Positions 8,768 through 17,586 are shown, counted from the stretch's first letter. The stretch: 64,000 nucleotides of DNA from Thermoplasmata archaeon (GCA_028864975.1 JAGWLG010000002.1:64001-128000); one strand, 5' to 3'. The notes: generated by a model from the sequence alone, not told the origin. Program-made: numbers and translations.

Positions 8768-9598
8768 ATGTCCGGGACGGGTTCGCCCCTCTCCCCAGAG
8801 CAGGTCAAGGAGCGGACACGCGAGATCTGGTCCTCGGGCGACTTCCAAGCGATCACCGACATGGTGACCATCCATGTGGTCCCGGAGCTCGTTCGCTTCG
8901 CTGGGATTAGGAAGGGCCAGAGGGTCCTCGACGTGGGGACGGGCACGGGAGCCGTGGCGCTGGCCGCGCGCCGGGCAGGGGCCGAGGTGACCGCCTGCGA
9001 CCTCACCCCGAGCATGATCGAGCGGGCGAGAGAGAACGCAAGGCTCGCCAAGCTGGACGGGATCCACTTCGAGGTGGGGGACTGCGAGGCCCTGGCCTTC
9101 CCCGACGCGAGCTTCGACCAGGTCCTCTCGCAGTTCGCCCACATCTTCGCGCCCCGACCCGAGACCGCCGCGAGCGAGATGCTCCGCGTGCTCAAGCCCG
9201 GTGGGAGGATCGCCTTCGCGGCCTGGACACGCGAGGGCGGGCACGCCGCGACGGCCGCGGTGGCCAAGAAGCACGGGCTGGTGCCGAAGGGCGTGCCCGA
9301 CATGCTCCATTGGGGGGACGAGAGGACCGTGCGCGAGCGGCTCGGGCCCGGGGTCCGCGACCTCCAGTTCCGGCGCGGAGCGTTCCGGTGGCGGATGATG
9401 AGCCCCCGACACCTCCTGGAGTTCAACCTGAAGAACACCGGTCCCGTGGCCAGATCGTACACCTCGTTCGGAGAGGACGTTGCGCGGAGGGAAGCGTGGC
9501 TCCACGACCTGGAGCTGGCCTACGCGACAGGCGCCGACCACGTCGGCGCGAACTTCCCGATGCACTACCTCTTGACGCGGGCAACGAGGGCCGGGTAG
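8768..9598 (+). CDS. Class I SAM-dependent methyltransferase (Methyltransf_11/UbiE-like)
   Basis: RVLDVGTGTG, VTACDLTPSMI, GDCEALAFPDASFDQVLSQF, LRVLKPGG. Confidence 0.92.
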   Translation: MSGTGSPLSPEQVKERTREIWSSGDFQAITDMVTIHVVPELVRFAGIRKGQRVLDVGTGTGAVALAARRAGAEVTACDLTPSMIERARENARLAKLDGIHFEVGDCEALAFPDASFDQVLSQFAHIFAPRPETAASEMLRVLKPGGRIAFAAWTREGGHAATAAVAKKHGLVPKGVPDMLHWGDERTVRERLGPGVRDLQFRRGAFRWRMMSPRHLLEFNLKNTGPVARSYTSFGEDVARREAWLHDLELAYATGADHVGANFPMHYLLTRATRAG

Positions 9599-9607
9599 GG
9601 AAGCCGC

Positions 9608-10105
9608 CTACGCGGCGGGCTTCTCGTCCTTCTTGGGCTCTGCCGCGGGCGTTGGTTTCTTCGCGACCGGGGCGGGCTTGGGCGCCGCGGGCTTCGCCGC
9701 CGCGGCGGCCGGGGCGGCCGCGGGAGCCGTCTTGTTGACGGTGGCCGGAGCGGCGGAAGGCTTCGGGGCGGCGGGCTTGGTCGCAGGCGCAGATGACCCC
9801 TTAGGTGCCGCAGGCTTGGCGGGCACGACCACCTTGGGCTTCGTGGCGGCGGGCGCCGCGGGCTTCGCCCCGGGTTTGGCGCCCGGCTTGGCCGCCGCGA
9901 CATGCGTCCCTTTCGCCTGCTCGACCTTCAAAGCGTGGGCGCGCGTCCACTTCCACTGGTGGCCCACCCGATGGTAGGTGAGCTGGTGCTTTCGGCATGT
10001 CCCCGAGCAGAAGTAGAAGACCGACCCGTCGCGCTTGACGAACATCACGCCGCGACCAGGTTCGATCTCTCCCGCGCAGAAGCTGCATTGGCGTTTCGCG
10101 ACCAT
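9608..10105 (-). CDS. rpl24e: 50S ribosomal protein L24e with a long Ala/Lys/Pro-rich C-terminal tail
   Basis: CSFC.GEIEPG.G.MFVK.DG...YFCS..C.K...KWT; canonical position after rps28e. Confidence 0.95.
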   Translation of the reverse strand: MVAKRQCSFCAGEIEPGRGVMFVKRDGSVFYFCSGTCRKHQLTYHRVGHQWKWTRAHALKVEQAKGTHVAAAKPGAKPGAKPAAPAATKPKVVVPAKPAAPKGSSAPATKPAAPKPSAAPATVNKTAPAAAPAAAAAKPAAPKPAPVAKKPTPAAEPKKDEKPAA

Positions 10106-10141
10106 GGTCCGACCCCGATCTCTCCTTCTCGTGGAATTGGC

Positions 10142-10354
10142 TCACCGTACGGTGAGCTTGCGGGCCTCGCGCGCGGTCTCGCGCAGGATCAGAACGTCGC
10201 CGATCCGGACCGGGCCCATGACGTTGCGTGTGATGATCTTCCCGCGGTCGCGCCCGGCGAGGACCCGGACCTTGACCTGCGTCGCCTCCCCGGCCATGCC
10301 GGTCCGGCCGACGAGCTCGACCACTTCCGCGGGGGAACCTTTCTCTTCGGGCAT
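10142..10354 (-). CDS. rps28e: 30S ribosomal protein S28e
   Basis: [24 protein letters not shown]...[23 protein letters not shown]. Confidence 0.97.
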   Translation of the reverse strand: MPEEKGSPAEVVELVGRTGMAGEATQVKVRVLAGRDRGKIITRNVMGPVRIGDVLILRETAREARKLTVR

Positions 10355-10395
10355 CGGGCGACCTCAGGACCTCGATCGTGCGTGGGGAGCTCCGC

Positions 10396-10767
10396 TCATT
10401 TCTTGAGCGAGCCGAAGGACTGGGAGAGCTCCTCGAGCAGGGCCTTCCCCTCGCCGGGCTCGACGACAGCGACGCTGGCCGCGCTCTTCGAGAGACCGGC
10501 GACCTGGCCCAGCCGCTGCTTCTTCTGGACGTAGAGGTAGGGGATGTGCTTCTCCTCGCATAGCATGGGGATGTGGACCAGGATCTCGGCCGGGTCGACG
10601 TCCTCGGCCATGACGACCATCTTGGCCTCGGAGCGCTCCGAGCTCTTCGTGACCTCGTTGGTCCCCACGCGGACCTTCCCGGTCTCGCGGGCGACCTGCA
10701 CGAGCTGCAGGGCCTTGTCGGCGATCTCTTGGGGCGTCTCGAAGCGAACGAATACGGGTCGCGCCAT
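10396..10767 (-). CDS. rpl7ae: 50S ribosomal protein L7Ae
   Basis: GKVRVGTNEVTK..ER..AKMVVMAEDVDP.EI..HIP.LCEEK.IPY.YV. Confidence 0.97.
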   Translation of the reverse strand: MARPVFVRFETPQEIADKALQLVQVARETGKVRVGTNEVTKSSERSEAKMVVMAEDVDPAEILVHIPMLCEEKHIPYLYVQKKQRLGQVAGLSKSAASVAVVEPGEGKALLEELSQSFGSLKK

Positions 10768-10779
10768 GGTGTTCCTCGC

Positions 10780-10847
10780 GTCAGCGGGACCCCCTCTCGA
10801 GGGTTCCTCGGCTCACGGGACGGGTCGCTAGGTCGATTCGTATTTAA
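10780..10847 (-). promoter_or_regulatory. rpl7ae promoter and structured 5' leader (candidate L7Ae-binding K-turn-like element)
   Basis: TTAAATA on the minus strand at 10847-10841; leader GUGAGC-CGA-GGAACCCUC-GAGA-GGGGGUCCC-GCUGAC forms a GNRA-capped hairpin with a 3-nt bulge and flanking UGA/UGA. Confidence 0.45.
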
Positions 10848-11055
10848 CGGCTAGGAGAGCGACCTCCTCGGGGGGCGCCGGGGCTTCGGAGGGGCCCCCG
10901 TCCCGGACCACGACCGCAGGCTCCCCGTTTCGAGGAGAGTCGGCGCCCGGGCCTCACCGGTCCGAGGGTATGGCCTGCCGAGACCCGGTTCGACAAAGGA
11001 ATCGCGTTATCAAGGGGAAGTTGGATGGGCCTCGGCGGCCAGCGTCTGACCCGGG

Positions 11056-14000
11056 ATGGCAAGGAACATGCAGAGGACAAGAACGAACTACGCCGAAGTT
11101 GCGACGATCGCGCTCCTGGGCCTGGTGCTCCTGGGACTCCTCACGCCTGGACCGCTCCGTTCCATGGTCGCCCAAGGCGCGCAAGGGGCCGCTCCCACGC
11201 CCGTCGCCGTCGGGGCGCTGCAGGCCGCCTCGGCCGGCGCGGGGCAGGGGGCCCCCTACGCGGTACATGGGGTCTCGCTCCACCCGCTCAGCGTCGGGGC
11301 TTCGGCCTCGGTAGGGACCTCCCGGGCCCCCCTGGCCTCCGGGGCTTCCCTCGCGGCGGAAGGACCTTCAGCCTCCGTCCCGAACGCCATCAGCCTGGGA
11401 AGCAGCTGGGCCGGGATCAACGCGGCCACCGGTTGCGCCTGTTTCCCACCAGATGGAGCGGAGGGGGAAGGCAACGGCTACGTCGTCCAATCGGTGAACC
11501 TGTGGTACCATGTCTGGACCACGGGAGGGACGTCGCAGTGGAGCGAGTCCGCGTCGACCTTCTTTGGCACGAGCGATGGCCTCTCAGACCCCAAGGTCTT
11601 CTACGACAACCAGACCTCGCGCTGGTTCACCTCGTTCCTTGATGTGACCAACAACCACCTGTGGATTGCGGTCTCCAAGACCTCGACGCCCACGCAGGGA
11701 ACGAGCAACTGGGTCATCTCCGACCTTCCAGGACCATCGAACGGGGACCTCCCGGACCAACCGATCCTCGGGGTGGACGCGAACAACGTGGTCCTTTCCA
11801 CGAACGATTTCTCCTCGACGGCCTTCGACGGCGCCGAGGTCTTCGTTGTCAACAAGACCGCCGTAATGGGGTCCGCCCAGACCGCGTGGGGCTGGACGTG
11901 GGGTCCCAACAATAACTATGGTTCGATGCATCCTGCCTACCACCTCGACGCGACGAACACGATGTGGTTCGCCACCACCTGTGGAGGGGCTGGGACCAAC
12001 TGCACCTGGCCGATTGCTGTTGGGAAGCTCACGGGCTCGCCTCCCGCGACCCCGAACTTCGTGGTCTACAACTACTGGACCTGGACGAACTCGTCTTCAC
12101 AGCTCCCGCCCGCCGTGGGATTCCAGAAGGGGAGCACGGTCAAGCTCGACACCGGCGATGACCGGGTGAGCTCCGCCACCTGGACGAACGGGGTCCTCTG
12201 GGTCGCCGCGGACGACAGCTGTCGCGCCAGCACCGGCTTCGCGAGCTGCCTGCACCTCTGGTCCTTCTCCACCTCCGCCGGCACGCCGAGTAAGGTCCAG
12301 GACTTCAAGTGGGAGGACAAGGCGAACAGCTTCGACGGCTACCCTTCCGTCATCATCGACAAGTACGGGAACGTCGGCGTCTCCTTCGAAGAGGCGAGCA
12401 ACGCGACGTTCCCCAGCACGTACGTCACGGGGCAGGCCACGAGCGACCCTGTCAATACCCTAGAAGCGGCTACGCTCGCGAAGGCGGGGGGCGGAGCGAT
12501 CACCGCGACCCAGAGCAACTTCTGCGCCGGGGTGATCACCTGCGCCCGATGGGGGGACTATTCGGGCTCGTCGGTCGACCCCACCAACCGGAATCAGTTC
12601 TGGATGGAAGCAGAGGACGGCCCGGGGGCCGGCGATAGCTACTGGGCGACGTGGGTCCAGGAGTTCCAGTTCCCATACCCAAGTGGTACCCCCACGGTCA
12701 ACTTCGCCCTCTCCCCGGCGAGCGGGGCGGGCTCGATCTCCTTCAACAGCGTGACCTACTACAACGGCGGCTCGACCAGCATCGCGACGGGGTCCTACCC
12801 TCTGTCCGCGACCACGAACGCCGGATGGCACTTCTCCTCCTGGTCGACGACGGGAGGTCTCTCCGTGGGGGCGAGCGGGCTCACCGTCTCCTCCTCCGGT
12901 ACGCTTACCGCGACCTACACGCAGTACGCCAAGGTGACCTTCGCGATCAACCGTGCCGCCTGCGGGCCGATCACGTTCAACAGCACGACCCAGGCCAACG
13001 CTTCGAGCGCGTCGTACTACACGTCGAGCTCGCCGTTCACGGCGAGCATCCCTGCGTGCGGAGGTGAAACGTTCAGCTCTTGGGCCGTGACGGGCGGAGT
13101 GAGCGTCGGCTCGCCGACCGCGCTCAGCACCTCCGTCACGCTCACGGACAACGGGACGCTCACCGCGAACTTCGTAACGGGCTCTGTCGACGTGGTCACG
13201 GTGGCGATTGCCCCTGGTGCGGGGGACGGTTACGTCACGCTCAGTGGAACCCCCTACTTCAACGGGAACACGGCGAACCTCGCCGCGGGGAGCTACCCGC
13301 TCGCGTTCGCAGCGTCACCGGGTTGGGCGTTCTCGACGTGGTCGGCCACGGGCGGCCTCACCATCGGGGCCGGGACCCTGGCTGTAAGCTCCTCGGGGAC
13401 CCTCACGGTCACCTTCGTGCAAGACCCGACGCTCAGCTTCACGGTGAGCCCAACCTCCTGCCAGCCGATCACCTTCAATGGCAGCACGCCCTGGAACAGC
13501 GGGACGTCGGGGAGCTTCTACACCTCGGGGAGCCCGTACACCGCGTCCGTCGCGGCGTGCTCCGGGTACAGCTTCAGTTCGTGGAGCACTACTGGAGGAG
13601 TAGCCGCCGGCAGCCCCTCCGCCACGAGCACGCCGGTCACGCTGACCGACAACGGCACCCTGACCGCGACGTTCACCGCTTCGTCGGGTGTGACGGTGTC
13701 GTTCACGATCTCCCCCGCGTCGCCCTCGTCGGGCGGATCGGTCACCCTGAACGGCGTGACGTACTACAATGGAGGGTCGGTCTCTATCGCCACGGGGACC
13801 TACACGCTCTCCCAGACCCCCGCCCCCGCCTTCCGGTTCTCCTCGTGGGCCTTCGCCGGTGGGGTCGCGCTCTCGGGCGGCAGCTTGGTCGTGACCGGCG
13901 CCGGGACGGTCACTGCGAACTACGTAGCGGTCTACGGGGTGGCCTTCTCCGTGGCCCCCGCCGCGTGCGCCGCCACCTCGGAGGTCCAGTTCAACGGGAC

Positions 14001-15480
14001 GAACTGGGCGAATGCCGGGAGCGGCACGTTCGCGGGCCTGACCACGAGCGCGCTCGCGGAGCACTGCAACGGCTACCACTTCTCCTCCTGGACCAACTCG
14101 GGGGGCGTCACGGTATCCGGGAGCGCTTCCAACCCCACTTCGACCACGCTCGCGGGGAACGGAAGCCTGGGCGCGACCTGGGCGGTGAACGGCACGACCA
14201 CGTTCTCGATCACGCTCGTCGCTTCGCCCGCGAGCTGCGGACCGATCTCCTTCAACGCGGGGAGCTATGCGAGCGGGTCCTCGGTCACGATCGCAGCAGG
14301 AACCTACGCCCTCTCGGTGGGCTCGTGTTCCGGGTACTCCTTCTCGAGCTGGTCGGCGACGGGATCGAACGTCGTGGCGTTGCCCTCCGCGTCGAGCACG
14401 AGCGTGACCATCGCCTCCGCCGGGACCCTCACGGCGACCTTCAGCTCCGCGACCACCTATGCGGTCACCGTCTCGACCGCGCCCGCCAGCTGCGGGTCGG
14501 TGACCATCAACGGCAACACCTACACGAACGGGATGACCGCCAACCTGGCGGCCACCACGTACCCCATCACGACATCGGCCTGCTCGGGCTACTTCCTCGT
14601 CCCGAGCTTCGCCTTGACCGGCGGGGTCAGCCTGAATGCCGCGCATACCCAGCTTACGGTCTCGAACGCGGGCACGCTCGCGATGACCTTCGCAACGACC
14701 TTGACCGGTCAAGTGAGCGCCACCCCCGCCAGCACCACCACGGGCTCTGCCGTCTCCTTCACCCTGACCTTGAGCGGCGGGTTGGGCCCCTACGTGGCCA
14801 CCTGGAACTTCGGTGATGGTAGCTCGTGGGCCACCACGAACCTCACCTCGACGAGCGGCACCGAGAGCCACACATTCGGTAGCGCGAACACGTTCACGGT
14901 CACGGTGACCGTCCGCGACAGCGTCGGTCAGGTCATCAGCGGCTCCGTGCCGATCCAGGTCAGCTCGAGCTCCGCGGCAGGCTCCCCCATCCCGCTCTGG
15001 GCCCTCGGACTGCTCCTGCTGGTCGTGGTGGCCGCTATCGTCGCCACGGTGTTGCTCGTCCGACGGCGCAAGAAGTCCCAGGAACTCCTCGCAGGTCCCA
15101 ACGCGGCCGCCGGAGCTGCCTACGAGCCTGTGCCGTTCCCGTCCCCCGCCGGCGGCGCTCCGCCGCCGCCCCCGCCGACCTACGGTGCCACGATGGCTCC
15201 GGCGCCTCCACCGCCGGTCACGAGCGCCCCTCCCCCGGTGGCCACGCAGGCGGTCGCGCCCATGCCAGCCCCCGCGCCATTGCCACCGCCCGCTCCGGTC
15301 ACTCCACCGCGCCCGAGCGCGGCCCCTCGGCCAGGTCCCTACCTCACCGAGCGGCAGCGAAGAGCGCAAGAGGCGGCCGCCGCGGCCCCCGCCACGGGAT
15401 CCGCTGCGACGGAGCCTCCCCCCTCGACCTCGACCCCTTCCGAAGGGAGCGGGGGGGCGACCGACGGGAACTCGGGCTGA
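11056..15480 (+). CDS. Large membrane-anchored cell-surface protein: N-terminal signal/TM, about 430-aa putative beta-propeller-like domain, 8 InlB-B-repeat-like modules, PKD domain, TM, Pro-rich cytoplasmic tail
   Basis: Hydrophobic N-terminus; PPD, DQP.LG, RWGDYS...DP motifs; about 80-aa repeats with FSSW..TGG...GTLTA(T/N)F; PKD TWNFGDGS; WALGLLLLVVVAAIVATVLLVRRRKK anchor. Confidence 0.85.
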   Translation: MARNMQRTRTNYAEVATIALLGLVLLGLLTPGPLRSMVAQGAQGAAPTPVAVGALQAASAGAGQGAPYAVHGVSLHPLSVGASASVGTSRAPLASGASLAAEGPSASVPNAISLGSSWAGINAATGCACFPPDGAEGEGNGYVVQSVNLWYHVWTTGGTSQWSESASTFFGTSDGLSDPKVFYDNQTSRWFTSFLDVTNNHLWIAVSKTSTPTQGTSNWVISDLPGPSNGDLPDQPILGVDANNVVLSTNDFSSTAFDGAEVFVVNKTAVMGSAQTAWGWTWGPNNNYGSMHPAYHLDATNTMWFATTCGGAGTNCTWPIAVGKLTGSPPATPNFVVYNYWTWTNSSSQLPPAVGFQKGSTVKLDTGDDRVSSATWTNGVLWVAADDSCRASTGFASCLHLWSFSTSAGTPSKVQDFKWEDKANSFDGYPSVIIDKYGNVGVSFEEASNATFPSTYVTGQATSDPVNTLEAATLAKAGGGAITATQSNFCAGVITCARWGDYSGSSVDPTNRNQFWMEAEDGPGAGDSYWATWVQEFQFPYPSGTPTVNFALSPASGAGSISFNSVTYYNGGSTSIATGSYPLSATTNAGWHFSSWSTTGGLSVGASGLTVSSSGTLTATYTQYAKVTFAINRAACGPITFNSTTQANASSASYYTSSSPFTASIPACGGETFSSWAVTGGVSVGSPTALSTSVTLTDNGTLTANFVTGSVDVVTVAIAPGAGDGYVTLSGTPYFNGNTANLAAGSYPLAFAASPGWAFSTWSATGGLTIGAGTLAVSSSGTLTVTFVQDPTLSFTVSPTSCQPITFNGSTPWNSGTSGSFYTSGSPYTASVAACSGYSFSSWSTTGGVAAGSPSATSTPVTLTDNGTLTATFTASSGVTVSFTISPASPSSGGSVTLNGVTYYNGGSVSIATGTYTLSQTPAPAFRFSSWAFAGGVALSGGSLVVTGAGTVTANYVAVYGVAFSVAPAACAATSEVQFNGTNWANAGSGTFAGLTTSALAEHCNGYHFSSWTNSGGVTVSGSASNPTSTTLAGNGSLGATWAVNGTTTFSITLVASPASCGPISFNAGSYASGSSVTIAAGTYALSVGSCSGYSFSSWSATGSNVVALPSASSTSVTIASAGTLTATFSSATTYAVTVSTAPASCGSVTINGNTYTNGMTANLAATTYPITTSACSGYFLVPSFALTGGVSLNAAHTQLTVSNAGTLAMTFATTLTGQVSATPASTTTGSAVSFTLTLSGGLGPYVATWNFGDGSSWATTNLTSTSGTESHTFGSANTFTVTVTVRDSVGQVISGSVPIQVSSSSAAGSPIPLWALGLLLLVVVAAIVATVLLVRRRKKSQELLAGPNAAAGAAYEPVPFPSPAGGAPPPPPPTYGATMAPAPPPPVTSAPPPVATQAVAPMPAPAPLPPPAPVTPPRPSAAPRPGPYLTERQRRAQEAAAAAPATGSAATEPPPSTSTPSEGSGGATDGNSG

Positions 15481-15483
15481 GGC

Positions 15484-16764
15484 TCAGGAGGGGCGAGGCT
15501 CCGCGGTCCCGTCGAGCCTCCAGAGGGCTCGGCCCACCGTGGAGAGGGCCCCGGTCAGCAACAGTCCTCCCCCGGCCACCTCGAGCGCGAACGAGATCCC
15601 TCGGTAGGTGATGAGGAGCGCCCCCACGACCTGGGCCACGGGCATCACGGCATAGCTCAGGATCCCATCGATGGAGAAGTAGCGCCCGCGCATCCGCTCG
15701 GGGACGATGGTCTGGGCCGTCGTGAGCCAGGTCGTTCCCGCGACCTGCATGACCAGGCTGAAGGCGAAGACGATCGGGACCGAGAGGTAGAAGGAGCCTG
15801 ACCGCGAGAGGGCGAGCAGCAAGACCCCGCACACGACGCCGTACCCAAGGGTCCAGACCTTGCCCGCGTGCTTGACGGCGCGGGTCCTGCCCACGAGCAG
15901 GCCGCCTGCGGCGGTCCCCCCGGTCATGGTCGCGAGGAACAGCCCGAAGGTGAGCGGAGTGCCGTGGAGCCCGAGCGTGACGTAGACGACGATGAACCAG
16001 AGGAAGATCGAGGAGAAGAAGTTCATGAAGAGGGCGGAGATGGAGAGCTCGAAGAGCCCCTTCGAGGAGAGCAGCCAGCGCCCGCCTTCCGCGATCTCCG
16101 ATAGCATTCGCCGACGTGGTACGGACGCCTCCTCGAGCTTCCGAGGGAGGCGCTTCGTCCCGACGCTCACCGTGAAGACCAGGGCGGCGGAGAGCAGGAA
16201 CGTGAGCGTGTTGTACAGCAGGCTCAGGACGACGCCCGCCACGAGGAGGAACGTCCCCGCGATGGAGTTCGACAGCATCGAGATGATGGACCGGGAGGAG
16301 CGGACGAGACCGTTCGCGTCCGCGAGCTGATGCTTCGGGAGGATGGAGGGGATCAGCGACTGCTCGGCCGGGGTGAAGAGCGTACCGACGCACCCTGAGA
16401 CGAAGGCCACGACGAGGAACATTGGGAGGCTGAACCCCCAACGCCAGAACGTGAACGCGAGGGCGCCGATGGCCCCCGCGCGCGCGAGGTCGCTCGCGAC
16501 CATGACCCGTCGACGGTCGTAGCGGTCGACCCACACGCCCGAGGGGAGGCTCATGACCACGATCGTGACCGTGGTGACGATCCCCACGAGGGCGATCGCG
16601 AAGGCGGACCGGGTCGAGGAGAAGACGATCCACGAGATCGTGACGCTGGCGATGGCGCCGCCGCTGATCGAGGTCGCGCCGGCGAGGAAGAGGCGCAGGA
16701 AGTTGCGGTCCCGCAGGACCGAAGCGAGCCCCACGCCCGGCGCGGAGGAGGGGGACGCGCCCAT
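15484..16764 (-). CDS. MFS transporter (DHA3/EntS-like efflux)
   Basis: RNFLRLFLAG..S..G, GVWVDRYDRRRVMVASDL, P.EQSLIPSIL, VPERMRGR; about 12 TM. Confidence 0.93.
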   Translation of the reverse strand: MGASPSSAPGVGLASVLRDRNFLRLFLAGATSISGGAIASVTISWIVFSSTRSAFAIALVGIVTTVTIVVMSLPSGVWVDRYDRRRVMVASDLARAGAIGALAFTFWRWGFSLPMFLVVAFVSGCVGTLFTPAEQSLIPSILPKHQLADANGLVRSSRSIISMLSNSIAGTFLLVAGVVLSLLYNTLTFLLSAALVFTVSVGTKRLPRKLEEASVPRRRMLSEIAEGGRWLLSSKGLFELSISALFMNFFSSIFLWFIVVYVTLGLHGTPLTFGLFLATMTGGTAAGGLLVGRTRAVKHAGKVWTLGYGVVCGVLLLALSRSGSFYLSVPIVFAFSLVMQVAGTTWLTTAQTIVPERMRGRYFSIDGILSYAVMPVAQVVGALLITYRGISFALEVAGGGLLLTGALSTVGRALWRLDGTAEPRPS

Positions 16765-16801
16765 GCACCCCTCTCACGGAGGTGGAGGGTGACCGTGCCC
16801 C

Positions 16802-17524
16802 TCACACCTCGAGCCGGACGACCTCGCGCCCTCCTTCCTTCCCCAGGAGGCGTGCGACGAGCCCCTCGGCGTCCTTCGCCTTTCCGCGGTGGTAACCTTT
16901 GAGCGCGGCTTCGCGCAGCCCATCCGCCCCCATCCCGATGACCTCGGCCTCCATCTCTCCGATGGACCCGCTGGGGTCGACAGCGAATAGGCGAGGCTCG
17001 TGGGCGAGCGTCGAGGCGATGAGGAGCGAGCAGCCGAGGGGGCGATCCTCACGCTTCAACGTGTGTTCCCAGAAGTACCGCGAGGCCTCGTCGACGAGCT
17101 CGTCCGCGCTCTTCCAGGACTGGCGGCGAAGGTGCCGCACGACCGAGCGCCCGTCGGCGACGAGCCCGACCTTGAGGACCGCCACGTGAGGCGAGAGACG
17201 GTCGATCTTCCCGCCCGACCTCACGGTGGGGTTCGGTCCCGCGCTGTAGGCAGCGCCAAGGACCACACCTTTGTCGAAGACCGCCCCTGCGATAGGAAGG
17301 CCGCGCCGGGAGGACTCCCGGGCGTACTCGATCTGGTAGATGCGGCCGTCGGGGGAGAAGTGGTTCACCTTGTCGAAGTCCTGGGCCATCGGGCCGGCCT
17401 GCTGGGCGTACGCCACGATGGCAGCGCGGACGAGCTCGGCCTTGGTGCCGAAGGGGCCCGTGCGGACGAGGGCGTCCAGGTAACGGTCTATCTCGGGTGG
17501 GACGGCGAGTCGAATCTCTGCCAT
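16802..17524 (-). CDS. Ribbon-helix-helix (CopG/ParD-like) domain fused to a divergent proteasome alpha-subunit fold
   Basis: aa1-42 MAEIRLAVPPEIDRYLDALVRTGPFGTKAELVRAAIVAY fits RHH; then MAQDFDKVNHFSPDGRIYQIEYARE (alpha signature), GLVADGR, RPLGCSLLIA, LFAVDPSG, VIGMG. Start re-picked at ATG 17524. Confidence 0.88.
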   Translation of the reverse strand: MAEIRLAVPPEIDRYLDALVRTGPFGTKAELVRAAIVAYAQQAGPMAQDFDKVNHFSPDGRIYQIEYARESSRRGLPIAGAVFDKGVVLGAAYSAGPNPTVRSGGKIDRLSPHVAVLKVGLVADGRSVVRHLRRQSWKSADELVDEASRYFWEHTLKREDRPLGCSLLIASTLAHEPRLFAVDPSGSIGEMEAEVIGMGADGLREAALKGYHRGKAKDAEGLVARLLGKEGGREVVRLEV

Positions 17525-17586
17525 ACGTCGAAGCTCCGCTAGGACGTATGTTTCACGTAGTCTTGAAGGATGATGTACGTGAAACA
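17522..17586. promoter_or_regulatory. Nested inverted repeats with four ACGT cores upstream of the RHH-alpha gene (candidate autoregulatory operator)
   Basis: TGTTTCACGTA (17549-17559) / TACGTGAAACA (17576-17586) perfect 11-bp IR; CATACGTC (17522-17529) / GACGTATG (17543-17550) perfect 8-bp IR covering the start codon. Confidence 0.7.

Noticed and set aside
8219-9565. 448-aa ORF seemingly extending Ndk at the N-terminus
   Set aside because: The upstream part is the antisense of the methyltransferase; Ndk homology starts at about 8680.
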